DNA from: Nitrospiraceae bacterium UBA2166
GTDB lineage: Bacteria; Nitrospirota; Nitrospiria; Nitrospirales; UBA2166
NCBI GenBank assembly: GCA_002328825.1
Contig: DCWI01000097.1
Coordinates: 1 to 60,587, forward strand
DNA: 60,587 nt
Reading direction: 5' to 3'
Shown piece by piece: positions 1 to 9,827 of this stretch. Made by a program: the position numbers and the translations under genes. The notes under the pieces were generated by a model. The model did not search any database. It was given only the letters and a program-made list of their open reading frames with translations, and was not told where the DNA came from. Each line of letters begins with the position of its first letter. The first letter of the stretch is position 1.

Positions 1-468
1 AAAGAAGTTGAGGAAGACATTCAGTCATCCTTGTATCTTCCCTCTTTTCTTCGGAAAGCGCGGGTGTTGTTTGAGCGTGATGGTGTTGCTTCAAAAATTT
101 GTGACATGATTGCCAAGCGGTTTCGGAAAGGGCCTTCTTATGCCTCGATCAATGAGAAAATTGCTTTGAAAGCAGATTGCTACTATTGGCTTGGTAAGAT
201 TCGAGAGGAGGCAGATCATCGAGATCATTTTCGATATATTTTGCCAGTTTTTATTGATCAGATAGTGGGTGCATGGTTTCGCGTGCGAGGTTTGTGGCAT
301 GTTTCGTTATCAGAGGAATTCAAATTTCTTCAGGCGAGGGATAAACACTTTTATGAAGGGATTCTAACTATCTTGAACGAGAATGATACTCAGAAGAACA
401 TTGAGATGGCGGAGAAGCTTGCGGCCCATGTGTTAAAAGATGTGCCCTGGCCGGCACGTATTGACTAA
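1..468 (+). CDS. hypothetical protein, C-terminal part (5' end outside the window)
   Basis: Frame 1 is open from nt 1: KEVEEDIQSS precedes the TTG at 31 used by the ORF track. Stop TAA 466-468 overlaps the ATG of the next gene (TAATG). Helical-looking sequence with no motif I can assign to a named family. Confidence 0.5.
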   Translation, partial: KEVEEDIQSSLYLPSFLRKARVLFERDGVASKICDMIAKRFRKGPSYASINEKIALKADCYYWLGKIREEADHRDHFRYILPVFIDQIVGAWFRVRGLWHVSLSEEFKFLQARDKHFYEGILTILNENDTQKNIEMAEKLAAHVLKDVPWPARID

Positions 469-1145
469 TGTCCTTGTGGCGAAGTGTAAATGTGAAGACT
501 CCTGGCCATATTGTTTGTACCATTCTTCTCTTGTTGTTAGGGCAAACTGTAGATGCGTCTGCTTTTTCCAAGACGGGGAACAAGACTATTCAGCCAGGAA
601 TGTTTCTCATTGCAGATCCAGTCTTGGATGACCCTTATTTCCGCCAAACGGTTGTGTTGCTGTGGAGTCATGGGGAACATGGAACCCACGGAGTTGTTAT
701 TAATCGTCCTTTAAATACCCCTCTTTCACAAGCACTTCCAAAAGTAACCGAGCTAACTGGCGTAAATATGACGTTGTATTTTGGTGGGCCTGTTGCCCCA
801 GAACAACCCATTATTCTCTTTCGCCATCCGAACGAGATGAAGAAAGCACAACGTGTGTTTTCAAATGTCCATGTGAGTGCAAACTTAGATGTTCTACAGT
901 CATTGCGTGAAAGTTATACCCTTGAAGAGGTATTGCGAGTTTATTCAGGTCATGCGGGATGGGGCCCAGGACAACTTGCATCTGAAATGGAACAAGGTGC
1001 TTGGCATGTATTGCAAGGAGATGCACACTTCATCTTCAATTCTGATCCAAGGGATGTTTGGTCAAAGTTATTCGAGGTATCAAAATCTATTCAAGTTTAT
1101 AGGCAGCCCTCTGCTTTGTATTTAGCGGCTGCGTATCAATTTTGA
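468..1145 (+). CDS. YqgE/AlgH-family (UPF0301) protein with hydrophobic N-terminal extension
   Basis: The block GMFLIADPVLDDPYFRQTVVLLWSHGEHGTHGVVINRPL matches the conserved N-terminal core of the YqgE/AlgH family. About 40 extra N-terminal residues look like a signal peptide. An alternative internal ATG lies at 600. Confidence 0.8.
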   Translation: MSLWRSVNVKTPGHIVCTILLLLLGQTVDASAFSKTGNKTIQPGMFLIADPVLDDPYFRQTVVLLWSHGEHGTHGVVINRPLNTPLSQALPKVTELTGVNMTLYFGGPVAPEQPIILFRHPNEMKKAQRVFSNVHVSANLDVLQSLRESYTLEEVLRVYSGHAGWGPGQLASEMEQGAWHVLQGDAHFIFNSDPRDVWSKLFEVSKSIQVYRQPSALYLAAAYQF

Positions 1146-1543
1146 AAAGATGTTGAAACCGACAGTCTGAAAATATCGCAGAAAAGACCTGTGTGGGTTC
1201 TCTCTATTTCGTTTTCCCGCTGACAACTAAATACCTTGAGTCAGTCGTATTGCGGATTTTTGGTGCTCTGAAGGGTCATGCTCCGAGAGATTCCCTTAAT
1301 TTAAGTGTGCATTCCTTTAGACAAAACAGGGTCTGTGTTTTCGTCAACTGAGTCTTTTATCAAACTTGAATTTTCTGCATCGCGCTTGCAGGGTTGTTTC
1401 AACTTCACCTGAACATGAGAAACAGCGGAGAGTTTGAATTTAAAGCTCTCATTTGTAGGTGAGTGGCTCGTAGCATATGGATCGTATCTGAGTGTTTGAT
1501 CTAAAAATTGGTGGGAACTGGAAGCTCAAAATTTCAACGATGT

Positions 1544-2635
1544 TTATTGACGGATTCGTGATATGAGAAAAACCCCAACGGCAAGGAAGATGATATTTGC
1601 AGTCCAGCCAGAAAGTATCGGTGGCATCACATTGCCTCGACCTATTCCGATGGCAAACGAATGAATGATCCAATAATGAAATCCGATGAAAAGTGTATAC
1701 CCAATGCTTCGTGCAAAGTGTTTTCGTCTAGTTCCGAGTTCGAGTAGCGTGATAGAAATTCCAAGTATCGCCATTACTAGGGAAGCAAACGGAAAGGCGT
1801 ATCGGCCATAATAATCTGCAGCATATTTTGACGCAGGATATCCGTTTTTTTCTAGACGTCCAATATAACTTGCGAGTTCTGGTAGAGTGAGATTGCTAGG
1901 TTTGACGGTTAAGCGTTTTTGAAGTTCAAATGGCTTATCTTGCAAGTCATATTGTTCCTGAGAAAATAGGATTGTTTCGATTTTTCTGTCATCAAGGAAA
2001 CGTCTTTTGATTCCGGATATCAAGTGCCACTGCTCATCATCATACCGAAGTTCTTGTGCATCAATCATCTCTTGTAATACAAAATTCTGATTGAGTTGAT
2101 ACAAGCTAACTCCGAAAAGTGTTGATTGGCTAAGGTCAACTAGTTGCACATTCATGAATGTGTTGGCTGATATTCGCAACCAAATTCTGTTTTGTGTAAA
2201 GAGTGATTGCTTGGGGTGGTGTTCAAGGATGGTTGTGCGCACATGGTGGGCTTGTTCATTTGTGGTTGGTATTAACGAACGATCTGCTGTGAGCAGAAGA
2301 AGGCTGAGTGTAAATGGAAGTAGAAGGAAAGAGGCAGTGATGCGCCAAAGATTAATGCCACTTGCCCGCATTGCTGTAATCTCATTGTCGTATGAGAGGC
2401 CTCCAAGCGTAATAAGTGTTGCAAGCAAAACAGCAAGAGGGGTCAGTTGGTAAATAATGCCAGGAAACTTTAGCCCTAAATAAGTAATAATATCAATGAG
2501 TTGAGTGTCGGCTTTTAAGTACTTACGTACTTGTTCAACAAAATCGATAGTAAGATAAATTGAGAGCAATGCTATCATGGTAATACCGAGCATTCTGATA
2601 TATTTGGATATGAGATATCGATCTAAGAGCCACAT
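1544..2635 (-). CDS. lptG: LPS export permease LptG (YjgP/YjgQ family)
   Basis: 363-aa multi-TM protein of YjgP/YjgQ type, second of two adjacent paralogs 20 nt apart. This is the usual lptF-lptG order. Confidence 0.8.
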   Translation of the reverse strand: MWLLDRYLISKYIRMLGITMIALLSIYLTIDFVEQVRKYLKADTQLIDIITYLGLKFPGIIYQLTPLAVLLATLITLGGLSYDNEITAMRASGINLWRITASFLLLPFTLSLLLLTADRSLIPTTNEQAHHVRTTILEHHPKQSLFTQNRIWLRISANTFMNVQLVDLSQSTLFGVSLYQLNQNFVLQEMIDAQELRYDDEQWHLISGIKRRFLDDRKIETILFSQEQYDLQDKPFELQKRLTVKPSNLTLPELASYIGRLEKNGYPASKYAADYYGRYAFPFASLVMAILGISITLLELGTRRKHFARSIGYTLFIGFHYWIIHSFAIGIGRGNVMPPILSGWTANIIFLAVGVFLISRIRQ

Positions 2636-2655
2636 CGCTAAGCTGTTGACCTCTT

Positions 2656-3759
2656 TTACCGTTGGTTAAGGTGTGGCGAGAAAAGCAAACTCCATCGATA
2701 CAGCAACACGGATAACACAATGAAGATGGCATTGGGAAGCCACGCTGCGATCCATGGGGTTAAGATACGCGTGGCCACTAAGAAATCGCCAAAAATATTG
2801 AGTAGATAGTAAAAGAGGATCCCAGCAACGCCTACGCCAATTCCTCCGATACGACCGGCGGATCCGGAACGGATACCTAGAGGAACGCCAATAAATCCAA
2901 AGATCAGGCATGCTGCGGGTATTGCCCAAGTTCGATGGTATGCCTCAAGTTGTTTTAATGCGTTGACATCTGTCCAGTCTGATGCGTGAAGAGTCAAATA
3001 AATGCTTTTGAGGTCTGGAGTTTCAGCTATGGGTGTTTGCAATCCTCTATCGAGATCAAAGTGCATGTCGTATGTATGAAATGTCACGCGCTGATTTTCA
3101 TTGGGACGTTGAGTTTTGATGTGAATGCTCCCGTCTATGAGGCGAAGGCCTATACGGCCGCTTTCTGCATCACTTAATAGTGTCCAGTCCTGTGCGACGA
3201 GAACTCTATCCCCTCCCGCATCCCTAGAGTCAGCAATGAAAATTCCTTTAGCTGTTGTGTTTTTGTGTGGGATGTAAATCATAAGATCGTCGATGGGATC
3301 ATTGAAGACACCTTCATTGAGAGGAAGGATAAGTTGTTTCTTCATCATATTCAGAGCGAAGGTTTTGAGTGACTCTCCACTCCATGGTTGTGCCCAGAAT
3401 GAGAGGGCAAAAGCAACTGTGTAAATGGTGACGGAAAATATCCCAACTGGTACCAACAGCCGACAGAGTCCAATTCCACTTGCCTGCATCGCAACGAGTT
3501 CAGAATCAGCAGCGAAGCGGCTAAAGGAACAAGTTGACGCAATAAGGGTGGCAATTGGGAGTGTCAAAATCATGAAGGAAGGAAGGATGTACGCAATAAT
3601 CTTGAGGACTACAAATACCGAAACACCTTGTGTTACAAGCAACTCCGTTACTCGCGTCATTTCTCGGGACATTAGCACAAACAACAGTCCTCCAATGGCC
3701 AAGGAAAATGGGAGACACAATTCGGAAAAGATGTACCGGTCAAGTGTCAGTCCACGCAT
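2656..3759 (-). CDS. lptF: LPS export permease LptF (YjgP/YjgQ family)
   Basis: 367-aa YjgP/YjgQ-type permease with TM helices flanking a central periplasmic domain. It is the upstream member of the paralog pair. Confidence 0.8.
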   Translation of the reverse strand: MRGLTLDRYIFSELCLPFSLAIGGLLFVLMSREMTRVTELLVTQGVSVFVVLKIIAYILPSFMILTLPIATLIASTCSFSRFAADSELVAMQASGIGLCRLLVPVGIFSVTIYTVAFALSFWAQPWSGESLKTFALNMMKKQLILPLNEGVFNDPIDDLMIYIPHKNTTAKGIFIADSRDAGGDRVLVAQDWTLLSDAESGRIGLRLIDGSIHIKTQRPNENQRVTFHTYDMHFDLDRGLQTPIAETPDLKSIYLTLHASDWTDVNALKQLEAYHRTWAIPAACLIFGFIGVPLGIRSGSAGRIGGIGVGVAGILFYYLLNIFGDFLVATRILTPWIAAWLPNAIFIVLSVLLYRWSLLFSPHLNQR

Positions 3760-3909
3760 GAAAACTCCAATCTTGCAAGATCATAATTCACGCAAATGGT
3801 TGAAAATATGGGCATAATAGCCGATGAGTGCTATCGTGTAAATTCACCTTAGCAAGGCTGCGATGTTTTGACGTAGCATGTATCCGGGAAAAACATCTTG
3901 AGCAGTGTC

Positions 3910-3938
3910 TTGACCCTGAAGCACAATTCAGCTATTCT
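3910..3938 (+). promoter_or_regulatory. putative sigma70-type promoter for cspA (TTGACC-17 nt-TATTCT)
   Basis: The hexamers were read directly. The promoter would give a leader of about 180 nt, in line with the long 5' UTRs known for cold-shock genes. Confidence 0.3.
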
Positions 3939-3999
3939 GGTGGCGTTTTAGTACTAGTTCACGTATGGACAGATTTTTTAGCTTTAATGATGACGTATG

Positions 4000-4031
4000 C
4001 CGTAGGGGGAATTTTCCTTCTACGGTTTTTT
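4000..4031 (+). promoter_or_regulatory. terminator-like hairpin plus T6 inside the cspA 5' leader (candidate attenuator or thermosensor)
   Basis: CCGTAGGGGGA-ATTT-TCCTTCTACGG gives a stem of about 11 bp including 2 G-T pairs, followed by TTTTTT. It lies about 95 nt upstream of the cspA start. Confidence 0.4.
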
Positions 4032-4126
4032 CTGTCCTGCATCCAACTAAGGTTTATAGAGATGCCCTCTAAATCTTAGTTCTATAGCATTAACCTTAGT
4101 TACTGGCATCAAGTAAGGAGGCAGTT

Positions 4127-4333
4127 GTGAGTACTGGAACAGTCAAATGGTTTAACGAGAAAAAAGGATTTGGGTTTATTAAGCTTGAAGATGGAGGGGA
4201 TGTTTTTGTGCACTACTCTGCTCTCCAAGGGGAGGGTTTCAAGACATTGAAAGAGGGAGAGGAAGTTGAATTTGAAATCATTCAGGGTGCAAAAGGACCA
4301 CAAGCATCAAACGTCACTAAAACCCAAGGGTAA
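4127..4333 (+). CDS. cspA: cold-shock protein, CspA family
   Basis: [18 protein letters not shown]...DVFVHYSAL carries the RNP1/RNP2 motifs. GTG start, with AAGGAGG SD 7 nt upstream. Confidence 0.95.
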   Translation: MSTGTVKWFNEKKGFGFIKLEDGGDVFVHYSALQGEGFKTLKEGEEVEFEIIQGAKGPQASNVTKTQG

Positions 4334-4338
4334 CTGAA

Positions 4339-4392
4339 GACCCGTGATGCGCGGTACTTGAGAGCCGCGCATCACGGGTCTCTTCGTTTTTT
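4339..4392 (+). terminator. rho-independent terminator of cspA (possibly bidirectional with purA)
   Basis: Perfect 16-bp stem GACCCGTGATGCGCGG/CCGCGCATCACGGGTC with a 9-nt loop, followed by TCTTCGTTTTTT. Confidence 0.85.
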
Positions 4393-4449
4393 ACCTGCAT
4401 TTTCGACTCGCCTTTCAATCCACAGTAGTTTTTTTAAGGGGACTTTTCG

Positions 4450-5748
4450 TCATTTTTTTGCGGCAAGAGGGTTTCGTCGGATGATCGTTTCTTTTTCATG
4501 AGAACCGGTTGAGACGATATCAACTTTGCACCCAGCAAGTGCTTCAATCTTTTCGATAAAACGTTTTGCAGGGTCAGGTAATTTTTGATATGAGGTAATC
4601 CCACTTGTTGGATGATCCCATCCTTCTAGCACTTCGTAAACCGGCTCACATGAATTGATAGCTGCCTCATTGATAGGGATATCTGTATAGTGTTTTCCGT
4701 CATGTAGGTAACTTGTGCATATTTTTATTTCTGGTTCTCCGTCCAGTACGTCAAGCTTTGTCACTGCAAGAGAAGACAAACCATTAACACGAACTGCATA
4801 TTTAACTGCGACGGCATCATACCAGCCACAACGACGTGGTCGACCTGTCGTTGCTCCAAACTCATTGCCGCGTGTCCTGAGTCCATTGCCTGTATCTCCA
4901 GTAAGTTCAGTTGGAAATGGGCCACTTCCAACACGCGTGGTATAGGCCTTGGTGACACCGACAACCTCGTTGATACAAGTTGGCCCCACACCGGTTCCCG
5001 TGCACGCACCCCCGGCTGTTGAATTTGATGAGGTGACAAAAGGGTACGTTCCATGGTCAACATCAAGATGTGTGCCTTGTGCTCCTTCAAAAAGCACTGT
5101 TTTTGATTGGTCAATAGCATTATTGATAAGTAGGGAGACGTCCGTGACATGATTTTTTAATCGTTTCCCATAGGCACAGTAAGTCTCAAAAATTCCATCG
5201 AGATCCATGCTTTCGGCATCATAGAGGCGATTAAAAAATAGGTTCATTTCAGCTAGATTTGCCTTGAGTATTTCTCGAAAGCAATTTGGGTCAAGAAGAT
5301 CACCCATGCGAATTCCCGTGCGACCCATTTTGTCGGCATATGAAGGTCCAATTCCGCGACCGGTTGTGCCAATACGTCGTGGGCCTTTAAGTTTTTCATT
5401 TTCTCGCTCAATCGCTCGATGATAGGGCAAAATTAAATGTGCACGATGGCTGATAAAAAAATTCTCTCTCACTGCAATTTGTTGAGATTCAAGAAGAAAA
5501 ATCTCTTCAAGCAGAGCGGCAGGATCGATGACCATTCCATTGCCAAGAATGCAAGTTTTTCCTGGGTGCACAATTCCAGATGGTATCATATGAAATGTGT
5601 ACTGCGCGTGATCATTAATTACGGTATGACCAGCATTTGCTCCTCCTTGATAGCGGACAATCATATCAGCATCGTTTGCCAAAAGATGCACAATCTTTCC
5701 TTTTCCCTCATCTCCCCACTGCGTTCCTACGATGACAATATTTGGCAT
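4450..5748 (-). CDS. purA: adenylosuccinate synthetase
   Basis: N-terminus MPNIVIVGTQWGDEGKGKIV carries the P-loop signature. 432 aa full length, with GAGGTG SD 6 nt upstream. Confidence 0.97.
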   Translation of the reverse strand: MPNIVIVGTQWGDEGKGKIVHLLANDADMIVRYQGGANAGHTVINDHAQYTFHMIPSGIVHPGKTCILGNGMVIDPAALLEEIFLLESQQIAVRENFFISHRAHLILPYHRAIERENEKLKGPRRIGTTGRGIGPSYADKMGRTGIRMGDLLDPNCFREILKANLAEMNLFFNRLYDAESMDLDGIFETYCAYGKRLKNHVTDVSLLINNAIDQSKTVLFEGAQGTHLDVDHGTYPFVTSSNSTAGGACTGTGVGPTCINEVVGVTKAYTTRVGSGPFPTELTGDTGNGLRTRGNEFGATTGRPRRCGWYDAVAVKYAVRVNGLSSLAVTKLDVLDGEPEIKICTSYLHDGKHYTDIPINEAAINSCEPVYEVLEGWDHPTSGITSYQKLPDPAKRFIEKIEALAGCKVDIVSTGSHEKETIIRRNPLAAKK

Positions 5749-5780
5749 TCTTCACCTCAAGTACTGCTAGAACATCACGC

Positions 5781-5809
5781 AAAAAAGCTCTGGCCACGCT
5801 GACCAGAGC
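5781..5809 (-). terminator. intrinsic-terminator-like hairpin between copA and purA
   Basis: On the minus strand, GCTCTGGTC-AGCGT-GGCCAGAGC forms a 9-bp stem followed by TTTTTT. It is 175 nt after the copA stop and only 33 nt before the purA ATG. Confidence 0.6.
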
Positions 5810-5820
5810 ATCATGTGCTC

Positions 5821-5849
5821 ATGCTAAGAGTTCAACTTTCGATTGTCAA
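5821..5849 (-). promoter_or_regulatory. putative promoter (TTGACA-17 nt-TAGCAT) immediately upstream of the 5781-5809 hairpin
   Basis: The hexamers were read on the minus strand. This is the only good promoter-like match between copA and purA. Confidence 0.3.
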
Positions 5850-5984
5850 GGATCTTTGTTTATATATTGGTCGAGGTTCTTCGATTTTGACGTAGATGAT
5901 GTGAGTTAAGTGTCTGGTAAGATAGTCATGTGGGTAAATCCGGTAGATAATACATTTGGGTATGGATGTAGAAAATCGAGAAGT

Positions 5985-8240
5985 TTAAAGTGCCATTGGA
6001 GGTCGAAACCGGCGAAGCCGGAGGGCGTTACTGACAACGCTTACTGATGACATTGCCATGGCTCCTGCGGCGAAGATGGGGTTGAGCAGGATTCCCCAGA
6101 GTGGGTAGAGAATTCCTGCTGCAATTGGGATAAGTGTTATGTTGTAGGCAAACGCCCAAAAAAGATTTTGTTTGATATTTCTAAGCGTAGCACGGCTTAG
6201 CGTTATCGCTGTAATTACGCTTCGAAGATCGCCTCCAATTAAGGTAATATCAGCTGTTTCTATTGCCACATCAGTTCCGGTTCCGATAGCCATTCCGATG
6301 TTTGCTTGTGCAATTGCAGGGGCGTCGTTGATCCCGTCTCCGACCATTGCTACGATCTTCCCCTCATGCTGGAGTTGTTTGATTACTTCTGACTTTTGTT
6401 CCGGAAGGACTTCAGAAATAACTTGCGCGATGCCCACTGAGTTTGCAACGGCTGTTGCAGTGTACTGGTTGTCTCCAGTCAGCATGACCACTTCCAAGCC
6501 TGTGTCCTGAAGACCTGATATCGCTTTAGCCGCATTGTCTTTCACAGAATCGGAAACGCTTAGGAGGCCGACAGGCTTGTTGTTTACCGCAATGCACATT
6601 GTGGTAAGTCCATGTTTGGACAACTCAATAACTTTCGGTTGAACATTAGTAATATCGAAACCCATGCTTTTAAAATACTGGATATTTCCCACGTGTACTT
6701 GTTTGGTTCTGACGATAGCTTTGATTCCTAGTCCTGAGCTGGCGAGAAATTCTTTTGGGCTTTCGAGGGTGATTTCTCTCCTTTTAGCTTCCAGTACAAT
6801 AGCTTTGCTAAGTGGATGCTCTGACCATTTTTCAGCTGATCCTGCGTAGAAAAGAATGTGATTAGGTTCCCAGTCGGCGTCAAGGGGGATGGTGTCTTGC
6901 ACGGCCATTATCCCGGTAGTTAGTGTTCCTGTTTTGTCAAATACAACCGTGGTTAAGGTGCGGGCTTGTTCTAAGGCTTCGCTCGCTCGAATGAGAATCC
7001 CGTATTCTGCTCCTTTTCCAATTCCGACCATAATCGAAGTGGGGGTTGCCAACCCAAGTGCGCAGGGGCAAGCAATGATTAGAACCGCAACTAGGTTGAG
7101 AATGGCAAGTGTTATGGCCGGTTCAGGTCCTATCGACCACCATAGGGAAAATGTCAAAACCGCAATTCCAAATACTATGGGGACGAAATATGATGATACT
7201 GTGTCAACGAGTTTGGCAATTGGTGGTTTTGAACCTTGCGCATCTTGAATTAATTGGACGATATGAGCTAACGCCGTATTTTTCCCAACTCGCTTAGCAA
7301 GAAAAAGGAAACTTCCTGTTTGATTAATGGTTGCGCCGATGACTTCATCTCCTGGCTGCTTATCGACGGGAAAACTTTCTCCGGTCAGCATCGATTCATC
7401 AACGGTTGAGGTGCCCTCTTCGATTGTGCCATCAACCGGGATTTTTTCCCCTGGCCGAACAATCACAATGTCACCAACACGAACGGTTTCGACAGGAATG
7501 TTGTGTTCTTCTCCTTTGCGAATCACTCGCGCTTGTCGAGGTTGCAATCCAAGAAGTTTGGTAATGGATTCAGATGTTTTCCCTTTGGCTCGGGCTTCAA
7601 GGCTGCGACCAATCAGGATAAGCAGGATGATAGCAGCAGCTGTATCAAAGTACACTGAAGGAGTGATGTCAGCAGTTACAAATGTACTAGGCAGAAAAGT
7701 TGTTATCATGCTATATCCATAGGCAGCAGATGTTCCCATGGCAATAAGAGTGTTCATGTCTGTCGTTTTATGTTTTCCGGCTACCCAGGCACCGTGATAA
7801 AACTGCCATCCAGCCCAAAACTGAATGGGTGTCGCAAGAAGAAACTGCAACAGGTATCCTTGCTGTGTGGTCAGGGATGGAATCTCGGCTAGATTCAATA
7901 CAAAAATTGGAATGGCAAGGCTTGTGGCAACCATTAACCGTGTGGTCAGTGATTGCAACCTAGTCTGTTGGGATTTCAGGTTTCGCTCAAAAGGATTTTG
8001 ATCGCCAGAATCCTCAGGAAGATGAGGGGTGTATCCAAGTTCAGTGATTGTCGTCTCAAGATCCCTAAGGGTAATCTGGCTTGCAATAAACTCGATCAAG
8101 GCCTGTTCAGTTGCAAAGTTGACTGATGCTGCAGTCACGCCAGAGCGTTGACGAAGCCCTTCCTCGACTCTCGCGACACAAGATGCGCATGACATTCCGT
8201 CAATAGGAATCGTTGTCTTGGAGATTTTCGTTGCCGTCAT
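5985..8240 (-). CDS. copA: copper-translocating P1B-type ATPase
   Basis: One N-terminal HMA domain (GMSCASC), the CPC transmembrane motif ([11 protein letters not shown]), DKTGT and GDGINDAP. Confidence 0.93.
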   Translation of the reverse strand: MTATKISKTTIPIDGMSCASCVARVEEGLRQRSGVTAASVNFATEQALIEFIASQITLRDLETTITELGYTPHLPEDSGDQNPFERNLKSQQTRLQSLTTRLMVATSLAIPIFVLNLAEIPSLTTQQGYLLQFLLATPIQFWAGWQFYHGAWVAGKHKTTDMNTLIAMGTSAAYGYSMITTFLPSTFVTADITPSVYFDTAAAIILLILIGRSLEARAKGKTSESITKLLGLQPRQARVIRKGEEHNIPVETVRVGDIVIVRPGEKIPVDGTIEEGTSTVDESMLTGESFPVDKQPGDEVIGATINQTGSFLFLAKRVGKNTALAHIVQLIQDAQGSKPPIAKLVDTVSSYFVPIVFGIAVLTFSLWWSIGPEPAITLAILNLVAVLIIACPCALGLATPTSIMVGIGKGAEYGILIRASEALEQARTLTTVVFDKTGTLTTGIMAVQDTIPLDADWEPNHILFYAGSAEKWSEHPLSKAIVLEAKRREITLESPKEFLASSGLGIKAIVRTKQVHVGNIQYFKSMGFDITNVQPKVIELSKHGLTTMCIAVNNKPVGLLSVSDSVKDNAAKAISGLQDTGLEVVMLTGDNQYTATAVANSVGIAQVISEVLPEQKSEVIKQLQHEGKIVAMVGDGINDAPAIAQANIGMAIGTGTDVAIETADITLIGGDLRSVITAITLSRATLRNIKQNLFWAFAYNITLIPIAAGILYPLWGILLNPIFAAGAMAMSSVSVVSNALRLRRFRPPMAL

Positions 8241-8250
8241 CAGTCAATCC

Positions 8251-8883
8251 TTACTCAAACAGTCCCATCTGTTCAGCTGGTTGAGAGAGTTTGGAATTAA
8301 TATTCTCCAGATATATTCGTAGGTTAGCAAAGTCTTCCTGAAGTAATGATCGAAAATTCCCTTGGTGTAATGCAGCTGCAGGATGTAGCATTGGAAACAC
8401 GCGAAATCCTTGCACGACAAAATGCTGCCCGCGTATTTTCGTAATTGAAACCTGCTTCCCTAACATCGTACGGATTGCAAAGTTTCCGAGAGTGCAGATT
8501 ACTTTTGGGCTAATAAGATCAATTTGCTGAAGGAGAAATGGCTTACAAGTTTCAATTTCATCTGGCAGTGGATTGCGATTGTCTGGCGGTCGACACTTGA
8601 TGACATTCGCAATATAAACATCATCACGAGAAAGTCCAGATGATTCAATTAATTCTGTCAAGAGCTTTCCGGCTGCACCAACAAATGGTTCACCCTGCTT
8701 GTCTTCATGAAATCCTGGTGCTTCCCCAATAAACATGATTGAGGCATTGGGGTTTCCGACACCAAACACGATTTGAGTCCGCTTTGACGCAAGTCGGCAT
8801 TGTTGGCAATTGCGTAGCGAATCATTTAACTCTAGGAGCGTCATTTTCTTCTTCAAGTTGACGTTAGGCTCATTAGTAATCAC
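8251..8883 (-). CDS. uracil-DNA glycosylase, family 4
   Basis: CQQC...IMFIGEAPGFHEDKQGEPFVGAAGKLL and a C-terminal HPAA motif are typical of family-4 (Fe-S) UDGs. Confidence 0.88.
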   Translation of the reverse strand: MITNEPNVNLKKKMTLLELNDSLRNCQQCRLASKRTQIVFGVGNPNASIMFIGEAPGFHEDKQGEPFVGAAGKLLTELIESSGLSRDDVYIANVIKCRPPDNRNPLPDEIETCKPFLLQQIDLISPKVICTLGNFAIRTMLGKQVSITKIRGQHFVVQGFRVFPMLHPAAALHQGNFRSLLQEDFANLRIYLENINSKLSQPAEQMGLFE

Positions 8884-8897
8884 CTTCCTACCAAATC

Positions 8898-9827
8898 TTA
8901 TGACGAAAAATGTTTTGGTAGAATGCGAGCTATTGCTTGCTGGAATATGATTTTTATCCAGGTTTGTATCGCAAACGTGGTTTTGAGTAGTGAGGACACT
9001 CTTACTCGTTCCTGAAATACGCGCGATGGGTTTTTTTCAATTTGGCACAAGATATGGAGGTATACCTTTCGCATTATCTCCGCAACAAGCAGTGTCTTAC
9101 GGTCTTCAAGTGGAAGTGCTGCTTGGGCATTAGCATAATACTCATGTGCACGTTGAGCTTGAAACTCCATGAGTTTCTGAAATGCTAGAGAGGTCGTGTT
9201 GGCGAAGATATCCTGTTCGGAGTATCCAAATCGGATCAAATCCTCTTGAGGAAGGTAGATCCGTCCTCGTTTGGCGTCAACACCAATATCACGAAGGATA
9301 TTGGTAAGTTGAAATGCCAACCCAAGATTTATTGCGTACTCGTTAGCGTGAGGGGATTGAGCGCCTAACACTTTAGTGGAAATTAATCCTGTCATGGAGG
9401 CAACACGGTAGCAGTATTGGTATAGGTCGGCAAAGGTCGCATAGCGCTTAATAGTAAGATCCATTTCGATTCCGTCAATCAACTCCTCAAAATACTCACG
9501 TGGAATATCAAAGGTCTTTACATGCTTTGCGAGTCCAAGGGCGATAGGGAAACTAGGTGTTCCAATATAGATAGAAGCGAGCTGCATTCGCCAGGAGGCT
9601 AACTCCTTTTGACAATCTATCCCTGGCTTGGGATGATCAATAAGGTCATCAACTGTCTGGCAAAACGCATACACTGTATACATAGCTTCGCGTCGGTCTG
9701 GAGACAGAAATGCAAAGGAATGCACGAAACTGCTTCCACTCTGCTTAGTGATATTTTCGCAATACTGCTGTGCTTGCTCAGACGTCACAGTTGACTCAAA
9801 TGCTCCAAAGTTTCTCTTCAAGTGCAT
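8898..9827 (-). CDS. squalene/phytoene synthase family protein (HpnD/CrtB-like)
   Basis: Asp-rich motifs YAFCQTVDDLID and GLAFQLTNILRDIGVD. The start overlaps the upstream HAD gene by 32 nt. Confidence 0.85.
   Translation of the reverse strand: MHLKRNFGAFESTVTSEQAQQYCENITKQSGSSFVHSFAFLSPDRREAMYTVYAFCQTVDDLIDHPKPGIDCQKELASWRMQLASIYIGTPSFPIALGLAKHVKTFDIPREYFEELIDGIEMDLTIKRYATFADLYQYCYRVASMTGLISTKVLGAQSPHANEYAINLGLAFQLTNILRDIGVDAKRGRIYLPQEDLIRFGYSEQDIFANTTSLAFQKLMEFQAQRAHEYYANAQAALPLEDRKTLLVAEIMRKVYLHILCQIEKNPSRVFQERVRVSSLLKTTFAIQTWIKIIFQQAIARILPKHFSS

Noticed and set aside
3828-4079. 83-aa ORF filling the lptF/cspA intergenic region
   Set aside because: It has a GTG start without an SD. It spans the predicted cspA promoter and the leader hairpin, and its hydrophobic tail derives from T-rich leader sequence.
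6172-7722. Several 110-130-aa ORFs on the plus strand inside copA (6172-6510, 6889-7248, 7327-7722)
   Set aside because: They are antisense to a well-supported P-type ATPase gene. Their products are low-complexity and Ser/Pro/Thr-rich, with no SD, so they are typical shadow ORFs.
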